From: a virus
Lineage: Duplodnaviria; Caudoviricetes
Virus record (IMG/VR): IMGVR_UViG_3300020576_004226
Location: 1 to 64,000 of that record
DNA length: 64,000 bases
Strand: one strand, 5' to 3'
Numbering within the stretch: position 1 is the stretch's first letter; each line of letters opens with the position of its first letter. Positions 48,627 through 57,715 of this stretch are shown here, piece after piece. Position numbers and translations under genes: made by a program. The notes beneath the pieces were generated by a model. It was not told where the DNA came from. It saw only the letters and a program-made list of their open reading frames with translations, and made no database searches.

Positions 48627-48998
48627 ATGTTCAAGAAATTGCTTCCATTTCTGAAGGGTTTGCTCCGGCACAGTATTTCCATTGCCAGCGGGGTGTTGGT
48701 CATGTCTGGCATTCTCAGCGAGACCCAATCAATCGAAATCATTGGCTATGTTACAGCTTTGATCGCCACGATTCAGTCTGTTTCGTCCAGCACAAAAGAG
48801 ACTTTCGTCCAGCAATTCCAAGGTGCCATTCGTCACATTTTGACGTTCCTTGGAGGTGTAGGATTCCTGAAAGGGTGGTTTAGTTCGGAGCTGTTTATGG
48901 AAGTCGCTGCTTCTGTTTCGACCATAATCGGGCTTGTTTGGAGTTACATGGCTAAGAAAGACCTGCCGCCAATTACACCGAACACTCCGGAGTCGTAA
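48627..48998 (+). CDS. Putative holin
   Basis: Small multi-TM protein with a duplicated RH-x-I module, downstream of tail genes. Confidence 0.55.
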   Translation: MFKKLLPFLKGLLRHSISIASGVLVMSGILSETQSIEIIGYVTALIATIQSVSSSTKETFVQQFQGAIRHILTFLGGVGFLKGWFSSELFMEVAASVSTIIGLVWSYMAKKDLPPITPNTPES

Positions 48999-49085
48999 GC
49001 CGGGAATACCAAGGTTTTCATTTCAGGACACAAGTGCCTCTTGTTTGGGTCTCCCATCTGAGAGGCACTTTTCAATTATCACAAC

Positions 49086-49427
49086 ATGGCAAAGAAAAAC
49101 TGGAAAAGCGATGATGATTTTGGCAACGACAGTGCTTCCTATGACGACATAAAAGGAGCAGCCCGAAAGCCTCGTCATATCAAATACTTCATAACATTTG
49201 AAGGTAAAATGATACAACCTGGCAATATCGAACGTGTTGACCAGAATGAGACAGCTAATGAAGAAAGCCTCGGTGGTGAGGATGATTGTTTGATATTCAA
49301 TTTGATATTACACATGAAAGACTATCCTTTCGTGCTCACATTTCCATTTTACACGGAGGAGAGTCGGGCAGATGCGCTCGTTTTGCTCCAGGCTCAAATG
49401 GTTGATAACCGTATTTCTGTACAATGA
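49086..49427 (+). CDS. Hypothetical protein
   Basis: 113-aa ORF. Confidence 0.55.
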   Translation: MAKKNWKSDDDFGNDSASYDDIKGAARKPRHIKYFITFEGKMIQPGNIERVDQNETANEESLGGEDDCLIFNLILHMKDYPFVLTFPFYTEESRADALVLLQAQMVDNRISVQ

Positions 49428-49651
49428 ACTTTACAAACGATCACACCTGGGAAATTACATTCATGAGCCTGCATGAGAACCCACCGCAAGAGGACACAAT
49501 TGAGATGCATTGGTCAGAAGAAATTCCACCAAATGACCGTATGATTGAAGCCATACTTGTTCAGCGTCCAGAACTTGTTCGCTTTAAACACCATATCAGC
49601 GTTCAACGATATCAGCGTGTGGATACGCAATATCAATCAACGATCATATGA
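49424..49651 (+). CDS. Hypothetical protein
   Basis: Coupled ORF. Confidence 0.5.
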   Translation: MNFTNDHTWEITFMSLHENPPQEDTIEMHWSEEIPPNDRMIEAILVQRPELVRFKHHISVQRYQRVDTQYQSTII

Positions 49652-50298
49652 AAGGAAATTACATTGTTCTCGACTGCGAGACGGGAGGGCTCAAATCAAC
49701 TGAAAATCCCATCACACAAATCGCCTTACTGGGTCTTGATGCAAAAACCGGGAAGGAGCTGGGACGCTATGAGACTTACATAAAGCCTTACAATGATTTT
49801 ACGATCAACCCGGTCGCATTGTCGAAGACCATGGTAGATATCAACGACGTTATGCGAGGTGCTGACTTTAAGGTTGTTGTCAAGAATATCATTGACTTTT
49901 GCAAAATGGTCGCTGGAGGCAAATTAGGACAATGGACGGCGCCAATCATAGTCGGCCACAACGTTCCTTTCGACATAGCCTTCATAGAAGTGTTATTCTA
50001 CCTTGCTGACAAGCGAATGACAGATTGCTTCGCCAATAACAATGGAATTGTGTATCACCGGGACACCCAGCAGATGGCAAGGGACTTTTGGCCAAAGGAA
50101 GCCTCAATCAAACTCGGCGATTGTTGCGAGCGGGCAGGAATACGTCTTGTTGACGCGCACGGTGCAATGAATGATGTCATTGCAACAAAAAATCTTTTCC
50201 TTTGGTATCGTTCGCGCATCAGCAATACCTCGGGCGCAGTCAATCAAACAGAATCAACGGAAGTTACAACAAATCATCGTAAATTTTTCTCAATTTGA
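49648..50298 (+). CDS. DEDDh 3'-5' exonuclease (DnaQ/epsilon-like)
   Basis: VLDCETGG; VGHNVPFDIAF; AHGAMNDV. Confidence 0.92.
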   Translation: MKGNYIVLDCETGGLKSTENPITQIALLGLDAKTGKELGRYETYIKPYNDFTINPVALSKTMVDINDVMRGADFKVVVKNIIDFCKMVAGGKLGQWTAPIIVGHNVPFDIAFIEVLFYLADKRMTDCFANNNGIVYHRDTQQMARDFWPKEASIKLGDCCERAGIRLVDAHGAMNDVIATKNLFLWYRSRISNTSGAVNQTESTEVTTNHRKFFSI

Positions 50299-50299
50299 C

Positions 50300-51094
50300 A
50301 TGGCAGACAACATTAAACAAATCTTGAACGTACCCGAGGCCACGGAAGAACAATTGGTCATTGCAGAACAGGAAAGCGAAGGCATTGAAATTCATGACAT
50401 CAATTCTCCTGAAGGCTTGGAGAAGTTGGGCTACATGCGCAAAATTCCATTGTTCATCGGAACCACTGCAGCTCACATGAATTTCGGTTCTGTTGTTGAG
50501 TTTATTCAGCAAAAGTTCCAAGAGGAATACCCGGACGTAATGCCTATCATTATGGACGTGCCGACCTCGCGTCAGGTTGAGAAGTTCATCTTCTCCAAGA
50601 CAAGGGAAATCAACAAAATCATTGAATTCCAGAAACTTCGCCAAAGTCCAGAGAATGTTCAACAGGTTCTTTCGGCTGCGATGCGATTGAAGTCTTTGAT
50701 GGGTGCTAAGCCTTTCCGACTCAAAACTTGCGTTGACCGCACTAAGCACACGTACAAGAACGCTTCAGACTTGCTCGTTCTGATGTACGTTATGGGCTTT
50801 GTTGTACGGTGGAAAGCGGAGGGCGAATGGATGTACCAAATCATTTCCAGCCAAGCAGACTTTGAAGCCTTCGCCCAGCGTCGCATTGAGGAAGCCGCTC
50901 AACTTATTTATGAGCAGGAAATGTACATTGATCAACTCCGCAAACTTGCCAACTTCAAGCCGAACGATGCTGAGATTCTCAATGAGGCTTTGATGCCGGC
51001 TGAAGATGTTGTTCCTGAAGTGGTTGAGAAGACCAAGAAGCCACGGCGCAAAAAGAATGACTTGGTCAAACGCGAAACACCCGAATCAGAATGA
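50300..51094 (+). CDS. Hypothetical protein coupled to TerL
   Basis: ORF from ATG 50300; ATGA overlap with the terminase gene. Confidence 0.6.
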   Translation: MADNIKQILNVPEATEEQLVIAEQESEGIEIHDINSPEGLEKLGYMRKIPLFIGTTAAHMNFGSVVEFIQQKFQEEYPDVMPIIMDVPTSRQVEKFIFSKTREINKIIEFQKLRQSPENVQQVLSAAMRLKSLMGAKPFRLKTCVDRTKHTYKNASDLLVLMYVMGFVVRWKAEGEWMYQIISSQADFEAFAQRRIEEAAQLIYEQEMYIDQLRKLANFKPNDAEILNEALMPAEDVVPEVVEKTKKPRRKKNDLVKRETPESE

Positions 51095-52788
51095 TTGCCA
51101 CTGATAGCAAAACATTCCAAGCACAGATCAATGAACAGGCAACACTAACAAAGTTGACCGAGACAGCCCGCATTGTTGAGGAAATCATAAGCAACCTCGA
51201 GCCAGAGGCACTTTCCCAGATTTTCTCGCAATGCGGGAATGACTTTAATCACACTTACGACATATTGTTTGACGAGTCTTACCGTGTACTTTTTGGCTCC
51301 AGAGGTGTAATCAAAGAAGCGCACCTCGGGTACATGGACAGACTTGCTGAAAATATGGAGGAGACGCTGAGAATAGAAAGCCTCAACTACTTCCTTGCGA
51401 GTGTGTTCCCTGAATTTGATATCAACTGGCACCACTTGGAATGGGGAAATATGGCTCAACAATATAGGAGACTTGCCATCGAAGCACCACGCGACCATGG
51501 CAAGTCTTACTATTTTTCCAATGTCTTCCCAGCTTGGAAAATGTATCGCTACAAGCCCAAAAATGCATTCATTGGCAACCCGAGACCGGACATTTACCTT
51601 TCCGAATTTGGCGCACTGATAACCAACGAGGCTTCACTTGGGGAAGAACTGCTCGAGATTCTGAAGAACTCAATAGAAAGCAACCCTATTTTGCGCGATA
51701 GACTTTACCCAGGCAAAGGTTCAGCCGCCCAAACGAGTTGGGCTATGCGCAAAATAAAGTGCAGGAACGGTGCGCGTCTTATCACCAAATCTTATGGGAC
51801 CAAGTTTCGTGGACGTCACCCTGGATGGATGGTATGCGATGACTTCATGGATGACTCGAGCCTGTATTCAAAAGAACAACGGGAGAAGTTTGTCAATTAC
51901 TTTCAATCGGTCTTGATGAACGCGGTTCTGAAGGAAGGACAAGTCATCAATGTCGGGACGCCATTCCATGAGAACGACCTTTTCGGCGTATTGAAGAAGC
52001 GGAAGGGCTGGAGGGTATTTGTGTATCCTGCCATTACTCCAGAAGGCCGGGTGCTTTGGTCAAGCCGCTATTCATTCCAAGACCTCATGGATAAGCGTGA
52101 CGAAAATGGACCCATTGCCTTCTCGCGTGAGCAGCTGTGCAAACCCATTGTTAGTGACGCTTCAATTTTCCCCTACTCGCTTGTATCCAAAGCCTTCAAA
52201 GGAATGGAGAATTACAGGCTGGTACAGAACCGTGAATCCTTCCCAATAAGGTTCAACCGAGTTGTGACTGCGGGCGACTTTGCTATGTCAGCAAACACTG
52301 GCGCCGACTACACCGTATTCATGACATTTGGCATTGACAATGATGACAACCGTTGGCTGTTAAACTTCTGGAGAGCCAAGGGTAAAACATTCCAAGAGCA
52401 GATGCTCCAGTTGAGGCGTATCAACACCGAGTTTCGCCCTGATTGTATCATGCTCGAGTCAAACCAATTCCAACAGATTTTCGTTCAAGAAGCCGACCGC
52501 CAAGGACTTCCCGTTTTGCCGCATAATACCAACACCAACAAGTATGACATGAAGGAAGGCGTGCCCGGTTTGGCGTTGACATTTGAGCGTCAAAAGTTCC
52601 GCTTCCCGAGGGGCGACCAATTTAGTATTGATGCTACTGACCTTGTTGCTTCAGAATTGGGTTCTATTGCGTATACTGATAAAGGACTTCAAGGAGTTGG
52701 TGAACATGACGATACTGTTATGTGCCTTTGGATTGCCGAATGCAATGTCAGGTATGTTTCGACAGGCTTTAAGTTCTCCACTGCTTGA
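51091..52788 (+). CDS. terL: Terminase large subunit
   Basis: APRDHGKS Walker A; RGRHPG..VCDD Walker B; VGTP; nuclease GDFA..DYT, ESNQFQ, HDDTVMCLW. Confidence 0.95.
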   Translation: MIATDSKTFQAQINEQATLTKLTETARIVEEIISNLEPEALSQIFSQCGNDFNHTYDILFDESYRVLFGSRGVIKEAHLGYMDRLAENMEETLRIESLNYFLASVFPEFDINWHHLEWGNMAQQYRRLAIEAPRDHGKSYYFSNVFPAWKMYRYKPKNAFIGNPRPDIYLSEFGALITNEASLGEELLEILKNSIESNPILRDRLYPGKGSAAQTSWAMRKIKCRNGARLITKSYGTKFRGRHPGWMVCDDFMDDSSLYSKEQREKFVNYFQSVLMNAVLKEGQVINVGTPFHENDLFGVLKKRKGWRVFVYPAITPEGRVLWSSRYSFQDLMDKRDENGPIAFSREQLCKPIVSDASIFPYSLVSKAFKGMENYRLVQNRESFPIRFNRVVTAGDFAMSANTGADYTVFMTFGIDNDDNRWLLNFWRAKGKTFQEQMLQLRRINTEFRPDCIMLESNQFQQIFVQEADRQGLPVLPHNTNTNKYDMKEGVPGLALTFERQKFRFPRGDQFSIDATDLVASELGSIAYTDKGLQGVGEHDDTVMCLWIAECNVRYVSTGFKFSTA

Positions 52789-52837
52789 TGAAACTTGAAG
52801 CAGTTATTTTTGAATAAACGTCATTACAATTACAACA

Positions 52838-53629
52838 ATGAGCGATTATAGCATTTTAGATTTTGACGGGCGCAACGGACGTGCTCTGAATTTGGAAGGG
52901 TTCACGAACTTCCAAAAGCCTATTCCCGTATCGGATATCGAGAAAGCCGTTGCGGAAGGCACAATCGTAGCAATTTCTCCGGAAGGGCTTTCCAGGCTCA
53001 ACGACGACCTTGCCAAAGCAATCAAAACAGACTTTGAAGGGATTGACAAGTTCAATTCTGCTGTCTTGGAGATTCGCACCTATCGCAACGTGATTGTTGA
53101 CCGAGGTGGCAAACATGTTGAATACCTCATCAAAGCCGTTCCACAAAAGGAAGAGGCCGCTGACAACCTCGAAAAAGGCGATGAATACTGGGCATTGCGC
53201 GGTGGAATTGCCGAGGGTGAAAAGCAGATTCCCCTGAAGAAAACTGGAGCGGAAATCAAAACTGCTTTCGAAGGCGTTATCACTCGTCTCAAACTTGAAA
53301 ATGGTATCCTTTCCGCTAAGATGTCGGAGTGCGTTGTCGCTTTGGGTAAGTCGCCTACTGACCAGCCATATGACTCATTCGACCGCACAATTGGCAACCG
53401 TTACTCCTGGGAAGACTGCCGTGCGCTTGACCCGGTTGAAGGAGCGATGAACACTGTCAATATGGAGTCTGCTCCCGCAACTGCCAACCATTGCCGCATG
53501 TACAATTCAGCCTTCGAAACTCTGTGTAGCAACATTAAGGCCATCAAGATGGCAAGTGCTTACATAGCCAACGTAGAAGACAATAAGTCATACGACCTCA
53601 AACCTGACTTGTATCTACTTTTGTTCTAA
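52838..53629 (+). CDS. Putative head-associated protein
   Basis: Follows TerL; repeated DIEKA/DLAKA/NLEKG motifs. Confidence 0.45.
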   Translation: MSDYSILDFDGRNGRALNLEGFTNFQKPIPVSDIEKAVAEGTIVAISPEGLSRLNDDLAKAIKTDFEGIDKFNSAVLEIRTYRNVIVDRGGKHVEYLIKAVPQKEEAADNLEKGDEYWALRGGIAEGEKQIPLKKTGAEIKTAFEGVITRLKLENGILSAKMSECVVALGKSPTDQPYDSFDRTIGNRYSWEDCRALDPVEGAMNTVNMESAPATANHCRMYNSAFETLCSNIKAIKMASAYIANVEDNKSYDLKPDLYLLLF

Positions 53630-53662
53630 ACCATCACACACAAACTTGTCAATACAAAAGAA

Positions 53663-54340
53663 ATGAATAAGCAAGTATCCATCTATCTCCGGAACAGCTC
53701 CAACAACAGCATCCGCATGAATGGTTTCTCCCTGGAGGACAATAAAATCATGCTCCACAGTGTTGATACCAGCGCAACCTTTGACACGGCTTTGGCAGCC
53801 AACCTGCGCCAACCGTTTCAAATCGGCTTGACTTACACCTACGCCGAAATTGCGGACTTTTTCCTTGTTCAGATCAAGCATGTTGTTGATTTCACACCCA
53901 ATGCTATCATTGAGCAAGAAGGAGTTGCCGACGTCAATTTGAGCACCAAACTTGGCGCCGCAACAATCGTCGTCAAAGGTAACAACGTGTCAATCGCAGA
54001 CGGTGACGGCACTCCGAGCCTGACTGACCACACTGACTTTGGCACCCAAGCGGCTTCCTCTGGCTCTGTGACTCGCACCTTCTCTATCACCAACACTGGC
54101 CTCGGCTCATTGCTTCTTTCCGGCAGCCCTGCGGTTGTTTTGGCTGGAACCAATGCAGATCAATTCTCGGTTGTCCAGCCTATCAATAAGGTTGTGAAGC
54201 CTGGAGCGGTTGTGACGTTCTCTGTAACATTCGACCCAAGTTCGTCTGGAGCAAAAACTGCCACACTCTCGTTGGCGAACAACGACTCTGGCTCGGGTAA
54301 GAACCCATTCAACTTTACCATTGGTGGCACTGGCTCGTAA
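53663..54340 (+). CDS. Ig-like (choice-of-anchor D / ASH-type) domain protein, probably virion-displayed
   Basis: GNNVSIADGDGTPSLTDHTDFG...TRTFSITNTG...TFSVTFDP...ANND..KNPFNFTIGGTG. Confidence 0.75.
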   Translation: MNKQVSIYLRNSSNNSIRMNGFSLEDNKIMLHSVDTSATFDTALAANLRQPFQIGLTYTYAEIADFFLVQIKHVVDFTPNAIIEQEGVADVNLSTKLGAATIVVKGNNVSIADGDGTPSLTDHTDFGTQAASSGSVTRTFSITNTGLGSLLLSGSPAVVLAGTNADQFSVVQPINKVVKPGAVVTFSVTFDPSSSGAKTATLSLANNDSGSGKNPFNFTIGGTGS

Positions 54341-54404
54341 TACCAAGGTTTTTTAAGATATCAACCGACACAACAATAGTTTCGCCAACCAATTTTACAA
54401 GCGC

Positions 54405-54890
54405 ATGAGAAACAAACTTTCTTTGCTCCTGGGTTGTTTGACGCTGGTTTTGTTTGGTTTGTTCACCACTCCTGTTCAGGCTGAAGACAATTCGCCAACG
54501 CAGGTCTTTGTGGATCAAGCCGACCTTTCCTTCGATCAAGCCGTACCATCTGCCGTTCTGCTTTTGAACGCTCCGCTGCCCATTCTGTCGCCTCAATCCA
54601 TTTTGGAAGTCCCCGGCGATGTTGGTTCCATTGCAACCGGAAATTTCGATGCTGATTGGCCTCCTGGCTCCACCACCGCGCAAGCAATAAATTTTGACAA
54701 CTTGCTGAGGTGTGGATATCATGAAAATTACGGCTATACCAACCTGAACTGGCAAAGCAACCAAAACTCCTGCTACAACACCACATTAACCGGAATTGAT
54801 ATTGACCGATCATGTGGCTTGAATCAGGATGTTACTCCGCTCGTTACCAGCACAGCCAATCAAACCACCCGGCATGTTCTGATGTGTTAG
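54405..54890 (+). CDS. Exported protein with signal peptide
   Basis: MRNKLSLLLGCLTLVLFGLFTTPVQA leader. Confidence 0.6.
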   Translation: MRNKLSLLLGCLTLVLFGLFTTPVQAEDNSPTQVFVDQADLSFDQAVPSAVLLLNAPLPILSPQSILEVPGDVGSIATGNFDADWPPGSTTAQAINFDNLLRCGYHENYGYTNLNWQSNQNSCYNTTLTGIDIDRSCGLNQDVTPLVTSTANQTTRHVLMC

Positions 54891-54987
54891 CGAGAAGCAT
54901 GCACAAATGTCCCCCACGATTGAAGAAGTCGCTGCCTTGCTTGACCGCTCGGTAGCGACTTTTATTTTGCACAAGGTTTTTAAGCAT

Positions 54988-55650
54988 ATGGACAATAAAT
55001 ATGTTATATGGTTTTTAGGAGCAAATGCTTCCGGCAAGTCAACTTTGTCTGCACTCATCCAGAGGGAATTGAGCGAACGTTACCCGAGGCGCAAGGACGC
55101 AAGAACTGATTTTGTGATTGATCAAAGCAACGGAGTCATATTGACTTTGACGTCAACGAATAGTGCCAACTTAGGTAAGTTCAATCACCCTGTTCTTTAT
55201 GAAGGAAAGGTCAAAACCAATGCATGCTGCGGCACTGACACGCTCCCAAAGAAGGATTTGATAGGGAGGGCTTTGGAGGTTGCTGGCTCAAATGAAATTA
55301 AATTCATTTTTGTTGAGGGTATTATGGCCACCCGACAATGGGTTGACCTATTCCCGGAAGGCTATCGAATTTTGCTCATATTGCTTGATATTGACATTGA
55401 GAACTGCATCCTGCGCCTTACCCAGCGAAGAAGTGAGAAGTCCGGTCTCGAGCAAAGAGAGGTGCTCGAATCGCTGACCGAGAAGACGGTGGAGAACGTC
55501 ACCGGGAAAATAAACGGCTTCCGCAGGATGTACGATGACCTGGTTTTGAGGCGAGATATTGTAGGAATGAAGTACGCTGTGGACCAAAGTTTTAACAGCG
55601 TCGAGATATCCAAACACATAGCAAATCTTTTAATTCATGGAAAAATTTGA
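54988..55650 (+). CDS. 5-hmdU DNA kinase-like P-loop kinase (copy 1)
   Basis: GANASGKST; LGKF...ACCGTDTL; IFVEGIM; CILRLTQRR; cluster context. Confidence 0.75.
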   Translation: MDNKYVIWFLGANASGKSTLSALIQRELSERYPRRKDARTDFVIDQSNGVILTLTSTNSANLGKFNHPVLYEGKVKTNACCGTDTLPKKDLIGRALEVAGSNEIKFIFVEGIMATRQWVDLFPEGYRILLILLDIDIENCILRLTQRRSEKSGLEQREVLESLTEKTVENVTGKINGFRRMYDDLVLRRDIVGMKYAVDQSFNSVEISKHIANLLIHGKI

Positions 55651-56539
55651 GACCCACGTGCTCATCATCGGGGCTGGCTTGTTCGGCTCCATGACCCAGA
55701 AACTCCTTCGCTCCAAAGGCATTGAGTCATTGATTGTTGACCGACGCGACCCGCTCTCCGCAAGCAAGTGCTCTTCAGGAATTTGGCGTCCAGGCTGGGC
55801 TGGAAAAATTGCTCCGCAAGTTGAGCAAAGTATCCCAACAATCAGCCTTTTCACGGCGATTGACACGCTTCCAATTTATGATGCCGACAAGGACACTGAG
55901 ACAAGCATCGACTTCATTGATTGCAACAACATTCTAAATGAAGACTTCCTGGAGGGTGATGTTATTGGCTGTAATTTTGTTGACAATCGCCCGAACGCCA
56001 AAGTGCGCTCCGTAATTGTTGATGTTGACGGAGTCAAAGTGGAAATTGGTTGCACACAACTCGTCATTTGCGCAGGAGCATTTACCAACGCAGTGCTCGA
56101 GAAACTCAAACTCCCTGTTCTTTACGGGCTTGACGCGCATTGGGGAGCGGTTCTGCACTGCCGAGAGAAATTGACGCAAAACTTCATCCAGAATTGGGCT
56201 CCATACAAGCAATTGTACGGCTTAAACTTGATTCGAGACGGTAAAGAGGTGTCATACTTCACAATGGGTATGTCAGCAAAAAATCCTCCAAAGGGAGGTG
56301 ACAACCGAACGCTTGCCATAGGTGAGAAAATGGAGGCCGCAGCCCGAGGCTTCAAAATGAAAAACATCATTGAGATACCCGAGGGCAACCGTCCTTTCTT
56401 TGCCGAGAAGGACGTTGATTTTGTCAACAAGCATACTGTCAACGTCTGGTCAGCAACTGGAGGCGCAAAAAACAGCACTCTGTTGTGCGGATATGTCGCT
56501 CAACGTCTTTTTCAAGAAATAACAGGCCATGCCCAATAG
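55637..56539 (+). CDS. FAD-dependent oxidoreductase/lyase (DAO/glycine-oxidase-like)
   Basis: IIGAGLFG Rossmann motif; ASKCSSG; VICAGAF; EGNRP; ATGGAKNSTL. Confidence 0.85.
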   Translation: MEKFETHVLIIGAGLFGSMTQKLLRSKGIESLIVDRRDPLSASKCSSGIWRPGWAGKIAPQVEQSIPTISLFTAIDTLPIYDADKDTETSIDFIDCNNILNEDFLEGDVIGCNFVDNRPNAKVRSVIVDVDGVKVEIGCTQLVICAGAFTNAVLEKLKLPVLYGLDAHWGAVLHCREKLTQNFIQNWAPYKQLYGLNLIRDGKEVSYFTMGMSAKNPPKGGDNRTLAIGEKMEAAARGFKMKNIIEIPEGNRPFFAEKDVDFVNKHTVNVWSATGGAKNSTLLCGYVAQRLFQEITGHAQ

Positions 56540-56540
56540 T

Positions 56541-56708
56541 ATGGAATGGAAATCAAAGTTAATTTTGCAAATAAAACACGGCATGCATAACGGCACAATC
56601 AAGCGTTCGATGGCACAAGAGATTGTAAATTTGATGCGCGAGAATAAGCCGTTTCGGTTGTTGTACAACCAAAACCGAGGCTACGTGGGATTCCAGTACA
56701 CATCATAA
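56541..56708 (+). CDS. Small ORF (55 aa) below the ORF-track cutoff
   Basis: ATG one base after the flavoenzyme stop; MEWKSKLILQIKHG...QYTS. Confidence 0.4.
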   Translation: MEWKSKLILQIKHGMHNGTIKRSMAQEIVNLMRENKPFRLLYNQNRGYVGFQYTS

Positions 56709-56732
56709 GTTTAACCAAAACTATTTAGCACC

Positions 56733-57041
56733 ATGGCAAAGGCCACCGACAAAAAGACTGCAAGCAAAGCAGCACCCGCTACCAAGCCGGCATCCAAACT
56801 CACCCCTGACGCAAAGGGCAACTACCCGCACCAATTGTACTCTGTGAAGCAGAAGACTTTTGTTGATCTGGCCAAGAAGCCTCTGCCTGTTTTGACTTCC
56901 ACCGGACGCGGCGCATACATGTGCAAAGGTCAGGATGTTGAAGGAAACACGCTGGCGATGATCGTGAGCAAATTGGTTGCTGCCAACTGGGTTGAACGCA
57001 AACTCGCTGTGTACGCAGAAGGTTCTGAACCGGAAGCGTAG
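56733..57041 (+). CDS. Small basic protein with K/A/P-rich histone-like N-terminus
   Basis: MAKATDKKTASKAAPATKPASK. Confidence 0.6.
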   Translation: MAKATDKKTASKAAPATKPASKLTPDAKGNYPHQLYSVKQKTFVDLAKKPLPVLTSTGRGAYMCKGQDVEGNTLAMIVSKLVAANWVERKLAVYAEGSEPEA

Positions 57042-57069
57042 TCTGTCCGACTGTTTGCGTTTTTCTACT

Positions 57070-57113
57070 TCCTGCCGGGACACCTCTCCATGGTTAAGAC
57101 CCGGCAGGATTTT
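57070..57113 (+). terminator. Intrinsic terminator
   Basis: tcctgccggg...cccggcagga followed by tttt. Confidence 0.7.
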
Positions 57114-57127
57114 AATTTTGAAACATC

Positions 57128-57715
57128 ATGAAATTCAAGCAAATATCAAAAACTGAATTGTACCCTTGGCTGAATTATATCAGCAAAACCTTCCGTGGGA
57201 TAATGCCTCCCAAAGAAAAGAAATTCCTTGGCGAAATTCGGGTTGGGGTTTTGTACAATTGCACAATGGTGGTCTTGGAAGATGAAGAAGTTGATGGTCA
57301 CCCGTTCTTGTCCCTTATCAGTTACACAATCACAAAAAGGTATCTGAACATCTATTTTATGTACACAACTCCAGGCTTCCGTGGTATAGGACTCAACAAT
57401 GCCATTTTGGATTATGTCATGGAAAATCACGCAGCTGAGATCGACCGTATATACGTCATCACCTCAACACTCGACAGCGTGGCGTTCTATTTCAACAAGG
57501 GCTTCAAGTTTTGGGGCTTAGACAAAAACCGTTGCCTTGTCGCAGAGTTTGATATAACAGCAACTGAACAACCGCGCAAGTCAGAGAAGGTGTGTAAGGA
57601 ACTTTACTTGGGAGAGCCTTTGAATGACGAGCGAATTGTTGACGAGTTGACGATGAATCAAAATCCAAATTACAATCACTCCGTCAAAGAATTGATGGCA
57701 AAGAAGATTCTATGA
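57128..57715 (+). CDS. GNAT-family acetyltransferase
   Basis: YFMYTTPGFRGIGL acetyl-CoA motif A; AFYFNKGF motif B. Confidence 0.82.
   Translation: MKFKQISKTELYPWLNYISKTFRGIMPPKEKKFLGEIRVGVLYNCTMVVLEDEEVDGHPFLSLISYTITKRYLNIYFMYTTPGFRGIGLNNAILDYVMENHAAEIDRIYVITSTLDSVAFYFNKGFKFWGLDKNRCLVAEFDITATEQPRKSEKVCKELYLGEPLNDERIVDELTMNQNPNYNHSVKELMAKKIL

Noticed and set aside
1-52788. Inteins or introns in DnaE, RecA, NrdJ or TerL
   Set aside because: Lengths are ordinary, motifs are contiguous and no C...HN-C/S/T splice junctions or LAGLIDADG motifs were seen.
52784-52812. Additional Bacteroidota-type promoters (TATTTTTG at 52805; TAATTTTG at 57113)
   Set aside because: The -7 boxes match but there is no correctly spaced TTTG, and the one at 57113 overlaps a terminator tail; too weak to call.
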